In this document: positions 17,533 to 27,615 of the stretch, piece after piece
Layout of the letters: every line of letters starts with the position of its first letter
Position numbering within the stretch: the first letter of the stretch is position 1
Source: a virus
Length of the DNA stretch: 64,000 nucleotides
Virus record (IMG/VR): IMGVR_UViG_3300031566_000014
Coordinates: 14,511 to 78,510 of that record
Reading direction: 5' to 3' (one strand)
Position numbers and translations under genes: made by a program
The notes under the pieces: model-generated
Told to the model about the DNA's origin: nothing
Seen by the model: only the letters and a program-made list of their open reading frames with translations
Database searches by the model: none

Positions 17533-19751
17533 GCTACTTCGATGACAAGGTGTACGACGACGACGGCAAGCTGTCCGCCGAGATACAGCAGTTCGTGGAC
17601 GACTCGAAGGCGGCCACGAGCGTCCTGCGCAACGAGGTGTGGCCGCGCGCCTACAAGTACTACCACAACATCCCCGACCCGAGCATGTTCAAGGGTTCCG
17701 ACGCGCTTCCCGTGGGCGCCAACAAGTCGCCACTGGACAGTTCGGTGTTCCGCGCGCTCGTTCACCCGCAGGTGGAGAACACCGTGGCGCGGCTTCGGCC
17801 TGCAATCCTGAATGCGGACCCGCCGTGGCGTTGCGTTCCATACATCGACGACGCGGAGTTCTGCGATAAGGACGTGCTGTGGAAGTACGCCGAGGCGATG
17901 CAGCACCTTCTGCACAACCAGTGGCACCGCGACGCGAAGGCCCCGTGGCTCGTTGGCCCGGCGTTGCGCGAGGCGTGCCTGTATGGGACGTGCGTGCTGC
18001 GGGTGGAGTGGATGCGTCGGTTCGCGCCGCGCTGGCGCCAGATTGCCCACGTGGACGGGCAGGCGTACCCAGACGGCGTGCCCGATGACATCCGGGAGAA
18101 GGGCGGGAAGCGGACGTGGGCATTTGGGAAGCTGACAAGCCGCCGTCCCGTGGAGGACAGGGCGCGGGTGAATATCGTTCCGCTATGGAATTGGTTCCCC
18201 GATCCCTTTGGGCGCTCAATCGACGGCGAGAACGACACGCAGCCGATCCGTGGGTGCGCGGAAATGCTGATCATACCCGAGGATGGGCTTGTGGATTGGA
18301 TTGCCAGTTCGCCACGGCGCGGCTGGAACAAGAAGTTCTTCAAGCGCAGCGGCGAAGTGAACGAGAAGAAGCTGCGGGAGATGCTTGAGCCGGTTCGTGG
18401 CGGCATCACGTCGGACGACGACTGGATCAAGAACCAGCAGGTTGACGTTGGCAAACTCTCGGCGGACGGCTACGGCACGACTTCGGCCAACGAGAGGTTG
18501 GTGCGCGTCTATGCGTGGAGCGAGAACTGGCCGGAGCCGCGCTACATCCTGTCGGCAGGGAAGCCCGGCGCTGGTCTGACGCTGTTGGATGAAAGCGGGC
18601 CGCAGCATCCCGGCCTGAATGCGGGCATCGGGTATGTGCTGATCAAACTCATTCCGTTGGCGCACGAACTTTACGGCCTGAGCAAGGTGGAGCAGATTGC
18701 GGGTATCCAGCACGAGATGAACATCCTGGTGAATCTGCGCATTTCGGCTCTGTCGCGCAGCATCAGCGGGATCACGATTATCTCGACGCAGGGCGGCCTG
18801 CACGCAAAAGACTTCCTGGCGCAGGTTGGCGGGTTTGTGGAACTGAATGGCTACTATGACCCGGCGAAGCAGGCTCACCACATCGACTTCAAGGACCCCA
18901 GTTCTAACGTCTACCGCGAGGTAGACGAGTTGCACAATGACGGCACCGTGGCCTTCGGCAATACGGACCCGATGATGGGGAACGCCGGCGGCGGCGGCGG
19001 CCAGATACCCGACACGGCGCGTGGGCTGGGCGTCATCGTGGAGCAGGGCACGGTTCGCCAGACCATGGAAGCGGAGGATGCGGGCCTGTGCTTCTGCCAG
19101 CTTGGCTACAAGCTCAAGGCATTGGACGAGCAGTTTATCACGGCTCCGAAGTACGTTCGGATCGCGGGCAAGAAGGGTGCGGACGCCTGGGACGTAATTG
19201 ACCCGGACATGATCGGGACGCGCGTCGAGTTGACATTCGACACGCGCCCCGTCGTTGCGAACCCGGCGCTTGCGGAGCAGAAGTTCGTGAACTTCGCGCA
19301 GTTGTGGGGAGAGGCTCCGGAGTTCCCGCGCGGGCTTGCGATGCGGGCGCACGCGAAGATGCTGCGGATACCTGACGCCGAGCAGTACGGCGGCCCGCCG
19401 GTGAACGACGCGGAGTGGGAGAACGTCGAGTTCCTTCGCTCGGGGAAGTTCCGTGGCGTGCTGCAGGCTGACGCGCACGACTTCCACCAGGACGTGATGA
19501 GCCGTGCGGAGATCATTCAGGCGGCGCAAACGAAGGGTGCTGAGGCGGTCGCGTCGTGGAACGCCCACTACGAGCAGCACGAGAGTTTCAAGCAGCAGGG
19601 AGCCATGGGCGCTGGCGCAGCCGCTGGCGCAGAGCCGCCGCCCCAACCGCCCGGAGCGCCAGCGCCCGAAGGCCCGCCCGCTGGCGGCGAACCGTCGCCG
19701 CAGGGCTTGAACATCCCCCTTCCCGAACCCGGCGTTGAAGCCGCCGCCTGA
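17529..19751 (+). CDS. portal protein (podovirus-type)
   Basis: 740 aa after terL; LYGTC, WFPDP, LYGLS..EQI...QHEMN, DTARG motifs; Pro-rich tail. Confidence 0.85.
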   Translation: MSYFDDKVYDDDGKLSAEIQQFVDDSKAATSVLRNEVWPRAYKYYHNIPDPSMFKGSDALPVGANKSPLDSSVFRALVHPQVENTVARLRPAILNADPPWRCVPYIDDAEFCDKDVLWKYAEAMQHLLHNQWHRDAKAPWLVGPALREACLYGTCVLRVEWMRRFAPRWRQIAHVDGQAYPDGVPDDIREKGGKRTWAFGKLTSRRPVEDRARVNIVPLWNWFPDPFGRSIDGENDTQPIRGCAEMLIIPEDGLVDWIASSPRRGWNKKFFKRSGEVNEKKLREMLEPVRGGITSDDDWIKNQQVDVGKLSADGYGTTSANERLVRVYAWSENWPEPRYILSAGKPGAGLTLLDESGPQHPGLNAGIGYVLIKLIPLAHELYGLSKVEQIAGIQHEMNILVNLRISALSRSISGITIISTQGGLHAKDFLAQVGGFVELNGYYDPAKQAHHIDFKDPSSNVYREVDELHNDGTVAFGNTDPMMGNAGGGGGQIPDTARGLGVIVEQGTVRQTMEAEDAGLCFCQLGYKLKALDEQFITAPKYVRIAGKKGADAWDVIDPDMIGTRVELTFDTRPVVANPALAEQKFVNFAQLWGEAPEFPRGLAMRAHAKMLRIPDAEQYGGPPVNDAEWENVEFLRSGKFRGVLQADAHDFHQDVMSRAEIIQAAQTKGAEAVASWNAHYEQHESFKQQGAMGAGAAAGAEPPPQPPGAPAPEGPPAGGEPSPQGLNIPLPEPGVEAAA

Positions 19752-19762
19752 GAGGAGACCCG

Positions 19763-20386
19763 ATGACGCGCGTGAGTGCTCTGCCGGAGCCGCTTCCGTT
19801 CCGCGAGATGATCCCTGAGTTGGCCGTTCGCGTCGCGGACGAGTGCAAGGCTCTGCGGAAGTTCTTCGAGAGTCCGCTGTGGGCGGGCCTCAACGACCTG
19901 TTGCAGTCGCATCGGCAGGCGCTTCGTGGGCAGATGCTCACGACCTCGGAGGACTCCGAGTTGCTGGCGCAGCAGATCGGCGTGCTGGTCTGCGAGTTGC
20001 CGGGCCGTATCGCGGCGGAGCGTCTCGGGTTGGAGGGAGTTGCCGACGACGAGACGCAGCATCGCCAGTTGAATCGCTCGGTGACATTCGAGACGGAGCA
20101 GGCCGCAGATGCCGCTATCGCGCGTGGGCAGACTGCGGTAGAGGCCGTGGGGTCGGACGGGTACGCCGTGTGGGCGCGAATGATGACGGCGCTGACGTGG
20201 GCGCACTACTTGGCGCTGACGTGGTGCCAGCCGTCGGAACGCGCCGTTCACCAGGCGTGGATACGCGAAGTGAAGCACATGTTCGACCGCATACAGGACA
20301 CAATTGACCTCGGCATTGTAGCCGAGGAGTTCCGAGAGAGGCAAGTGAAGGAGCAGATCGCAAAGGAGAAGGGCAATGGCAGATGA
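19763..20386 (+). CDS. hypothetical head-region protein
   Basis: Between portal and scaffold; GAGGAG RBS. Confidence 0.65.
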   Translation: MTRVSALPEPLPFREMIPELAVRVADECKALRKFFESPLWAGLNDLLQSHRQALRGQMLTTSEDSELLAQQIGVLVCELPGRIAAERLGLEGVADDETQHRQLNRSVTFETEQAADAAIARGQTAVEAVGSDGYAVWARMMTALTWAHYLALTWCQPSERAVHQAWIREVKHMFDRIQDTIDLGIVAEEFRERQVKEQIAKEKGNGR

Positions 20387-21515
20387 GACCGGAACGGACT
20401 CCCAAGGGCAGGCTCAAGCTGGCGGCCCTGGCGCCCCGACGGGGGATGCCGGGACTCCCGCCGCGCCGGCTGCGCCCGCGGCCCCGACTGGTCCCGGAGC
20501 CGGTGCAGGCGCTTCGGCCCCCGGCGGTGCAGGCGGCGGCGAACCCGCCCCCAAGGTGCCGTCAGGGCTTCCCGACTTGCCGCCCGCCGTGTGGGACAGC
20601 GAGAAGAATCCGTACCAGAAGCGCTTCAAGGACACACGCACTGCGCTCAACCAGAGCCAGGAGCGCCTGAAGCAACTCGAAGCCGAGAAGGCCGAACTGG
20701 CAGCGAAGCTCACCGCCCCGTCTGTGACGGATTCGCGGTCAGTTTCCGCCCCAGTTCCGGCACCGTCCGCTGGCGACGCGCAGGGCTACTCCGATGAGGA
20801 GTACCTGACCGTCTGCACGCGGACGCTTGACCAGTGGAAGCAAGATGCCGTCGCGCAAGCCCAGCAGCAAAGCGACGTGAGTGGCGTTCAGGTGCAGCCC
20901 GTCTGGCCGACTGTAGAGGCCCGGCGATTCGCTGCGACCATGGACTCCGAACTCGCGCGCAGGGGCATCCCTCAACCCTGGCAAGCCTACGGCATGCTCG
21001 TCAAGCGGCAGCAGCCGTCCAGACCTGAACCCGAACCCGTGAGGCGGGTAGACCAGCCCGCCGCTCCTACTGACCCGGACGCCGTGCGCAACATGCTCAA
21101 CGAGGAATTGAACCTCAGAGGGCAGGTTGATGAGGGTATGAATGGCGTCAGCCAGTCGTACCCGCAGGGCTTCCTTCAGCAGAAGGTGACGCTGGACAAT
21201 GGGCGGACCTCGACGCTCGGAGCGGCGCTGAAAGGCTTCTGCCTTTCCAACCGCCTCGGCGACGTTGAAGGGGCGCTCAAGGTCTACTTCACGGGGTTCT
21301 GGGAGAAGGCGCTTGCGGCCAAGTACGAGCAGAACCGTCCCGGCATGGCAGCGGGTCAGCAGTTCACCGGCGTGCGCACCAGCCCGATTCCCCAGCACAA
21401 CCCGAGCGATGACGTGCAGCGCCTCTACGAGGGCGTCGGCATGAATCGCGGCGGAACCTCGGTAGCACCGGGGGCCGATGAAGCGGACTGGGAGTACGTG
21501 CAGCCTGACCGGTAG
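20376..21515 (+). CDS. putative capsid scaffolding protein
   Basis: Low-complexity N-terminus, YQKRFKDT coiled coil, immediately upstream of capsid gene. Confidence 0.7.
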   Translation: MADETGTDSQGQAQAGGPGAPTGDAGTPAAPAAPAAPTGPGAGAGASAPGGAGGGEPAPKVPSGLPDLPPAVWDSEKNPYQKRFKDTRTALNQSQERLKQLEAEKAELAAKLTAPSVTDSRSVSAPVPAPSAGDAQGYSDEEYLTVCTRTLDQWKQDAVAQAQQQSDVSGVQVQPVWPTVEARRFAATMDSELARRGIPQPWQAYGMLVKRQQPSRPEPEPVRRVDQPAAPTDPDAVRNMLNEELNLRGQVDEGMNGVSQSYPQGFLQQKVTLDNGRTSTLGAALKGFCLSNRLGDVEGALKVYFTGFWEKALAAKYEQNRPGMAAGQQFTGVRTSPIPQHNPSDDVQRLYEGVGMNRGGTSVAPGADEADWEYVQPDR

Positions 21516-21573
21516 GCTGCCACCAGCCCGCAAGGCTCCTTCTCATTGCCTCGCGCAATGAAGGAGAGGACAG

Positions 21574-22893
21574 ATGCCACAGTACACCCCGGGGTCCACG
21601 TTCACACCGTCCCTGGACGCCGCTGGCGTTACCACGGTGAACGATGGGTACGCGTCGACCCTCATTCAAGCGATTACGTCGATCAACGCCGACGCTACGG
21701 CGGGCGCTCTCGCCACGACCTGGCCCACTATGCAGGTCCCTATCGAGAAGACCATCTGGGTCAGGAACGCCAAGCTCGGCCCGTGTCGGGTGCTGCTCGA
21801 CAAGAAGCCGATGCGGCACATTGTCTCCCACGGGAGCAAGTACTTCTGGAAGGAACGGGTGATGATGCCTGAGCGGGACCGGCCGACCGGCTCGTTCAGC
21901 GCAGGCACCACGATGACCATCGCCGTCGGCAACGCCGGCATGTGGACGGTCAACGACATCTGCGTGGGCTTCTCGCCTCAGTTCCAGGGCTGGGTGACTA
22001 CTACCCCGGCAAGCGGTGGCGCTGCGGGCAGCATCACCGTGTCGTGCGGCAACAACCCGCCCGCTACGGCGCTGAGCACGAGCACCATCCTGCTCCACAT
22101 CGGCAGCACCCGCCGGGAACTGGCGATCCCCTACACCAAGCCCCGCACCCAGGAGACGCAGTTCGAGAACATCTACGCCTTCCCCGAGGACTGGCTGATC
22201 ATCTCCCGCAAGGAGGCCAACACGGTCGAGGACATCACCCTGCCCGTGGGCGGCCGCTGGGAAGGTGAGATGAATCTCCTGAAGGAGGAGCACCTCACCT
22301 GCAACGAAAAGATGATCCACTGGGGCATGTCGGACATCGACACGACCGGCTCGAATGCCGTGGGCTTCCTGGACGGGCTTTACAACCTGACCACAACCCA
22401 CATCTACGACGCCGCGACCACGGTGCCCAACATCAACAGCATCGAGCAGTTCCTCAGTGACTTCTGCGCGGAGTCCATCTCGCAGGAGGGGAACATTTTC
22501 GGCTTCACTGGCCGGCATCTGTTCCAGATTCTCTCGCAGCAGGCGTCCTCGAAGCTCCAGATCGTCAACCAAGACGAGACGATGTACGGGATGCACGTCT
22601 CGAAGTACAGGGTGGCTGCGACGGGCGAGATCATCACGCTCATGTACCACCCGCTCTACACGCAACTGGACAACACCTTCGATGGGTATGCCCAGTTCGT
22701 GCGGATGAACCCCGAAGCCGTTGCCATGGTGTGGCACCGTGCGTATCCCGCGACGAAGCGGATCGACGCTGTGCTGCCCTACGGCCTCGACGGGCTCATG
22801 GCAGGCTTCCGCAGCGCGTTCACCGTGATGGTGAAGGACGAGGCGCTGCACCTCGCAAAGATTGAGAACATCGGCCGGCCCACCATGTCCTAG
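21574..22893 (+). CDS. major capsid protein (HK97 fold)
   Basis: Strong RBS and codon bias; KYFWKE, ENIY, EKMIHWG, DGLY; followed by hairpin. Confidence 0.8.
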   Translation: MPQYTPGSTFTPSLDAAGVTTVNDGYASTLIQAITSINADATAGALATTWPTMQVPIEKTIWVRNAKLGPCRVLLDKKPMRHIVSHGSKYFWKERVMMPERDRPTGSFSAGTTMTIAVGNAGMWTVNDICVGFSPQFQGWVTTTPASGGAAGSITVSCGNNPPATALSTSTILLHIGSTRRELAIPYTKPRTQETQFENIYAFPEDWLIISRKEANTVEDITLPVGGRWEGEMNLLKEEHLTCNEKMIHWGMSDIDTTGSNAVGFLDGLYNLTTTHIYDAATTVPNINSIEQFLSDFCAESISQEGNIFGFTGRHLFQILSQQASSKLQIVNQDETMYGMHVSKYRVAATGEIITLMYHPLYTQLDNTFDGYAQFVRMNPEAVAMVWHRAYPATKRIDAVLPYGLDGLMAGFRSAFTVMVKDEALHLAKIENIGRPTMS

Positions 22894-22922
22894 TGGCCGT
22901 GGTGAAGGACGGTAGGACTGTT

Positions 22923-22958
22923 GCGGGCCGGGCGGGCCTTCGGGTCTGCCCGGCCCGC
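22923..22958 (+). terminator. GC-rich UUCG hairpin after capsid gene
   Basis: GCGGGCCGGGCGGGCC-TTCG-GGTCTGCCCGGCCCGC; no U-tract. Confidence 0.55.
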
Positions 22959-22981
22959 TCCACATCAGGAGATGATTCGAG

Positions 22982-23779
22982 ATGGCGAAGTCAACTGCCC
23001 AAGAGGGTGCTTCCGGCGATGCGGGCCTGAAGTCGCTGCCAGGGCTTCAAGAGATCCAGAACGCCGAGCCTGCCCCCGGCGGCGCGCGGAAGATCAGCAA
23101 CGAAGCGGCCTCGGCGGCTCAGCACAAGATGGTGGCAGGCGCTCCGCTCCTGTCGCCCAAGCCGCCCGTGCTGGACTTCCGGCAGATGGAAGCGCAACTG
23201 TCGGCTATCAAGACGAAACTCGCCAACGGCGAGGAGCCGGACGACCTCGGCCAGGAGACGTGGCAGGCGGTGGGCCACGCGCAACTGAAGCTCGCCGTCA
23301 TGCAGGGCGGCTTCACGCGCTTCGGCGGGCAGCAGATGCCCTACGCACCGATCACCATTGAGTTTGGGAAGCCGAGCGGCAACCCGCCAGAGATGTACGT
23401 CACGCCTGACTACTACACCGAGTGCGCCGCCGAAACGAACAAGCGCATCCTCGCGGGCGCTGCGGTTGACGACGCGGCGCTCGATGCCAAGGCGTTTGTG
23501 GCCTACAAGGTCGGCCTCATCAAGGAGCATCTGCGCAACGCGGCGTTCTACCACCCGCAGTACGCCGGCCGGCTGCGCTGCCCTGAGAAGGAAGCCGACC
23601 ACCTCGAAGACGCCCAGATTCAGGCCGGCCTCGAAGCCATGGAGCGCAAGGCGAAGAAGGCAGGCAAGAAGATCGACGTGTCGGGCATCGCGGCGCAACT
23701 GGCGAAGATCGACCAGCCATTCGACGCCGAACACCCGAACATTCGGCCTGGGATGCAGATTCCGGGCATAGCGAGGTAG
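22982..23779 (+). CDS. hypothetical virion-region protein
   Basis: AGGAG RBS, strong codon bias. Confidence 0.7.
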   Translation: MAKSTAQEGASGDAGLKSLPGLQEIQNAEPAPGGARKISNEAASAAQHKMVAGAPLLSPKPPVLDFRQMEAQLSAIKTKLANGEEPDDLGQETWQAVGHAQLKLAVMQGGFTRFGGQQMPYAPITIEFGKPSGNPPEMYVTPDYYTECAAETNKRILAGAAVDDAALDAKAFVAYKVGLIKEHLRNAAFYHPQYAGRLRCPEKEADHLEDAQIQAGLEAMERKAKKAGKKIDVSGIAAQLAKIDQPFDAEHPNIRPGMQIPGIAR

Positions 23780-23785
23780 CCCACG

Positions 23786-24469
23786 ATGGCGAACGACACC
23801 TTCGGTGACATCATCCAGGCGTGCCTCGACTTCCTGCCTGGGCCGACGGATGACCGCACGGAGCGCATTCTGAAGCGCCAGATCAACATGGCGCACGGGA
23901 AGTTCGTCAACATGGCGCGTTGGTCGTTCCGCCGGCGCTCATGCGTGTTGGCGATCACGTCGAGCACTACGGCGGTGACGCTGCCCGACGGGACCACGGT
24001 TCTGGACACCGACGGCGCGACGCCAGACTACTGCGCCCTCGTCACGTCGGTAAGCCTTGGAAGCAGCGGACGGCCTCTGGATTTCAGGCCGCAGGAACTC
24101 GTGGCACGGGCTGGCGGGACAATGACGTTCCGTGGTCGTGGGATGCCGCAGTGGTGGGACGTGGTTCGGCGCACGCTGATCCTCATGCCCTATCCAGGTG
24201 CCGCCGACACGATCACCCTGTCCTACCTCGCGGGGCATTCGGACATGTCTGACGACGCGGACATCCCCATCATTCCTGCCGAGCACACCGACGTACTCAT
24301 CTGGGAGCCGCTGAAGTTCATGACGCTGGCTGGCGGCAACCCCGATCTGTACCCCTTGGCGAAAGATGAGGCGCGTCGGGCCGAGGAGAATCTGAAGTAC
24401 AACGGCGACGTGATCGGGCCTGAGTACTTCGCGCAGTTGAAAATCACCGGCCTAACGAATCGGGGATGA
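23786..24469 (+). CDS. head-tail adaptor (tail tubular A-like)
   Basis: INMA...WSFRR, G.PQWW, MPYP, DIPIIPAEHTDVLI motifs; position. Confidence 0.75.
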   Translation: MANDTFGDIIQACLDFLPGPTDDRTERILKRQINMAHGKFVNMARWSFRRRSCVLAITSSTTAVTLPDGTTVLDTDGATPDYCALVTSVSLGSSGRPLDFRPQELVARAGGTMTFRGRGMPQWWDVVRRTLILMPYPGAADTITLSYLAGHSDMSDDADIPIIPAEHTDVLIWEPLKFMTLAGGNPDLYPLAKDEARRAEENLKYNGDVIGPEYFAQLKITGLTNRG

Positions 24470-24470
24470 C

Positions 24471-26798
24471 ATGCCCCAGCCTGTGCAGCCACTCTACTTG
24501 TCTGCCTCTGCCGCCAACGGCATGCGCGACCGCGCCGAGCGGGGCCAGGCCGGCTTCGGCGACAAGCTCGAGCTCCGCAACGTCGAGGTTCGAGACGGCA
24601 ACTACACGACACGCCGGGCGTGGGCGAAGACGCTGACAGCCGCCGTCGCTGGCGTCTCGCGCTGGATCGGCGGCACATTCTACAGGGACACGACGGGCGC
24701 GCCGCACTGGCTTCTGGCGGGTGACGACGGCTACCTCTACCACTGCGGCACCGAAGCGTTGACGGCTCTGACTCAGGTGACGGTCTACGCCGATAGCGCC
24801 GTGACGTGGGACGCCACGTATCGGGCGAAGTTCGCCCCGTGGCAGGATGATTGCTTCGTATGTGTCTCTCAGCCGAGCGAGATTGCCGATGACGTGGCCG
24901 CGACGGCGCAGAATCTCCGCTACGACGGCATGTCCGACCCGCCGGCGGCATTCGGCGTGACGGTCGCCAGACCCGCGACGGAGCCTACCCTTGCCGATGG
25001 CGGGGCGGGGGCCGTCCCCTATGGCGAGTACTACTACAAGGTCACGTTCAAGGACGTGGACACGGGGTGGGAAAGCCCGGCGTGCGATGCCGTCAACATT
25101 GAACTGGCGAGGCCCGACGCGCCCTCGATAGCGAGTATGACGGCGACGCCCGTGGCTCCCGGCGCCCTCGCGGCAGGCTACTACCTCTACGGCGTCACGT
25201 TCTATGAGGCAACGACGCTAGTCGAGTCCGTCATGGGGCCGACGATTGGCGTGGACGTTGCGGCTGCCGAGAACGTGGACTTGGCGGGCATCCCCAGATG
25301 CGCCGAGACGGCGGGCACGTGGCATCGGCGCATCTGGCGGTCGAGCGGCGGCGGGGCCTTCTACCTGCTCGCCACGATAGCCGACAACACCACCGAGACG
25401 ATCACGGACAACACGCTGGCAGTGCCGCCGAGTGCGACGCTCTACGCCGCCGACACCACGGGCCGCAGGGTCAATCTCACTGTTGTCCCAACCTACGCTG
25501 GCGCGGGAAGGGACATCCACCGCTGCATCTACCGCAGCGACGACGGCGGCCTGACCTACACCATGCTCGTGCCCGTTGGCAACGCGGACTCGATAGACGA
25601 CAACACCACCACAACCTATGCCGACAACGATGAGGAAGCCACTGGCGACGTGTACACGCAGGTGTGGGCAGTGCCGCCGATGGCGTTTGTCGAGGTGTTT
25701 TCTGACGGGCAGGTGGCGTGGGCGAACGACCGCGGCAATGTGGTGCCCGCCGGCATCTACCCAGCGGATGGCCCGGACACGCCCGAGGGCCTTGCTCTGC
25801 TCATTGCGGAGTCTGGAGCGGCGTCGTTGGACCGCGCCTACGCGGGTTCACACAGCGAGCCAATTACGGCCTTCAAGGCGGCGCGCGACGTCATCTTCAG
25901 CGGCAAGACGCGCAGCATCTACTTGATGGGCCGCCGCTGCAAGACGGCAGACTGCCGACGGATCATCGAAGGCGTCGGGGTGGTGAACGACGCCAGCGTG
26001 CAGGTGATCGACTCGCGCGTGGCCTTCCTGTCGCCCGAAGGCCCGCGACTCCTGACGCACTACTCGCAGGGCGACGTGATCTTCTGCGGGAGCGACCCTT
26101 ACCGATTCGACTTGGCAACGACGTGGGATAGCGTGGTCAAGGCGCGACTGCCCTACGCCTTCAGTATCCACATCCCCGACCAGACGCTCGTGATCTGGTT
26201 CCTTCAGGCGTGTTCGTCGTGGCCTCTGACGCCGCCGCACAGCGACCTCGCCATCGTGTGGGACTACGGGGCGGCGAACGACGCCAATCCAGGCGGCAAG
26301 GTGTGGGTTTCAGATTACGTCGGGCTGGACTGCGCGTGGCAATACTACCCCGTGGGCAACGGAAGTCCGGTGCCGTATGTGGGCGCGGCATTCGGCTGGG
26401 CGGGGAAGTTGCTAGGCGAGCGCACGGGCAACACGGCCTACGGCGACGGCACGACGGGAGCGCTGACGGGCCTGGTTACGTCCATTGCGGGCAACACTGT
26501 GGTGGTGCCCACGGCCGCCCTTGGTGGGAAGAACGTCATTGGCTCGCGGCTGTTCCCGACGCGCGGGACTGGCGGGCACATCGACGACACGGAAGTGACT
26601 GTCTGCGATGGCCCGAACGAGTTGATCACGAGCCAATGCGGCGGGACGCTGACGACGGCCGGGGCGCTCGCGCTCGCGGCGGGCACGAAGTTCTGGATTG
26701 GGGGGTTTCAGGTAGTGGACCACGGGGTTGTGAACAACAGGCGCGACCCCGACAGCGTGACGATCTGGCAGAGTTTGCAGATTCAGAGAGCACCATGA
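24471..26798 (+). CDS. tail nozzle / stabilisation protein (P22 gp10-like), apparently lacking its C-terminus
   Basis: Beta-propeller-like; GVGVVNDASVQVIDSRVAFLSPEG; inserted YxVTF/RIYRS Ig-like modules. Confidence 0.7.
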   Translation: MPQPVQPLYLSASAANGMRDRAERGQAGFGDKLELRNVEVRDGNYTTRRAWAKTLTAAVAGVSRWIGGTFYRDTTGAPHWLLAGDDGYLYHCGTEALTALTQVTVYADSAVTWDATYRAKFAPWQDDCFVCVSQPSEIADDVAATAQNLRYDGMSDPPAAFGVTVARPATEPTLADGGAGAVPYGEYYYKVTFKDVDTGWESPACDAVNIELARPDAPSIASMTATPVAPGALAAGYYLYGVTFYEATTLVESVMGPTIGVDVAAAENVDLAGIPRCAETAGTWHRRIWRSSGGGAFYLLATIADNTTETITDNTLAVPPSATLYAADTTGRRVNLTVVPTYAGAGRDIHRCIYRSDDGGLTYTMLVPVGNADSIDDNTTTTYADNDEEATGDVYTQVWAVPPMAFVEVFSDGQVAWANDRGNVVPAGIYPADGPDTPEGLALLIAESGAASLDRAYAGSHSEPITAFKAARDVIFSGKTRSIYLMGRRCKTADCRRIIEGVGVVNDASVQVIDSRVAFLSPEGPRLLTHYSQGDVIFCGSDPYRFDLATTWDSVVKARLPYAFSIHIPDQTLVIWFLQACSSWPLTPPHSDLAIVWDYGAANDANPGGKVWVSDYVGLDCAWQYYPVGNGSPVPYVGAAFGWAGKLLGERTGNTAYGDGTTGALTGLVTSIAGNTVVVPTAALGGKNVIGSRLFPTRGTGGHIDDTEVTVCDGPNELITSQCGGTLTTAGALALAAGTKFWIGGFQVVDHGVVNNRRDPDSVTIWQSLQIQRAP

Positions 26799-27262
26799 TA
26801 AAGCCGACTTGGGAATATCGCCTCCAGCAGTATGCCGCGTGCCAACTGGTGGCCGCGATCAACGCGCGCATCTACCTGGGCGGAGGTGATGTATCGGATG
26901 ATGAGTTTGAGCGATTGGTGGATGTGACGTTGTGCCGTTACGGGGCGGCGCTCAGAATGGAAAAGGCCGTGCCCGAATTGGGCTTGACCGCGTTGCATGG
27001 AGAACTCTCGCTGGAGTGGATTGCGGCGCATCTTCCCGTTGCGGTCTCGACGCATGAGATCGAACACCACGGGTTCCACCAAATCCTCGTGGTGCAAGTG
27101 GACGGCGACATGTTGGGAGTTGTGAACTTCTACAAACCGCGTCTCACATGGCATGAACTGGTGGACCTGCAACCGCCGCCGCACGTGAGACAGTGCATCG
27201 CCTACACCATCGAGAAGGCGCCTGCTGCCCGTGACGCGCAGTTGCCGTTCAAGGTCGCATGA
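26795..27262 (+). CDS. hypothetical protein, possibly C39-like Cys peptidase
   Basis: QQYAACQLVAAINA and GFHQILVV could supply Gln/Cys/His. Confidence 0.45.
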   Translation: MIKPTWEYRLQQYAACQLVAAINARIYLGGGDVSDDEFERLVDVTLCRYGAALRMEKAVPELGLTALHGELSLEWIAAHLPVAVSTHEIEHHGFHQILVVQVDGDMLGVVNFYKPRLTWHELVDLQPPPHVRQCIAYTIEKAPAARDAQLPFKVA

Positions 27263-27275
27263 GAGGAACCGTTGA

Positions 27276-27599
27276 ATGCCAATGGCGAGAAGCAAGGGCG
27301 GCATCATCCTCCCCTTCGCGTGGAAGGGCGACTTCCCCGATAAGAGCGTCAACGAGGCGGCACAGGACTTGGGCCTGGCCCCCAAGGGCATCGGGCGGCG
27401 CTCGTACCACTGCAACAGGTGCCAGCGCGACCTGACCAGCTACATCAAGGACGGCAAGCAGCCGCCGCTGGTGTGCGAGGATTGCGTGGCGGAGTTGCAG
27501 GCGCAGGTGGAAGCGCAGAACGCCGAAGGCGTGCCCATCGGCAATCGAGGCCCTGGTTTCGACATCGTGAAGGGCGGCGTGGCGCCGCCGAGAGCCTGA
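27276..27599 (+). CDS. Zn-finger hypothetical protein
   Basis: CNRC...CEDC. Confidence 0.6.
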   Translation: MPMARSKGGIILPFAWKGDFPDKSVNEAAQDLGLAPKGIGRRSYHCNRCQRDLTSYIKDGKQPPLVCEDCVAELQAQVEAQNAEGVPIGNRGPGFDIVKGGVAPPRA

Positions 27600-27615
27600 A
27601 AGGAGACTCAATCGC

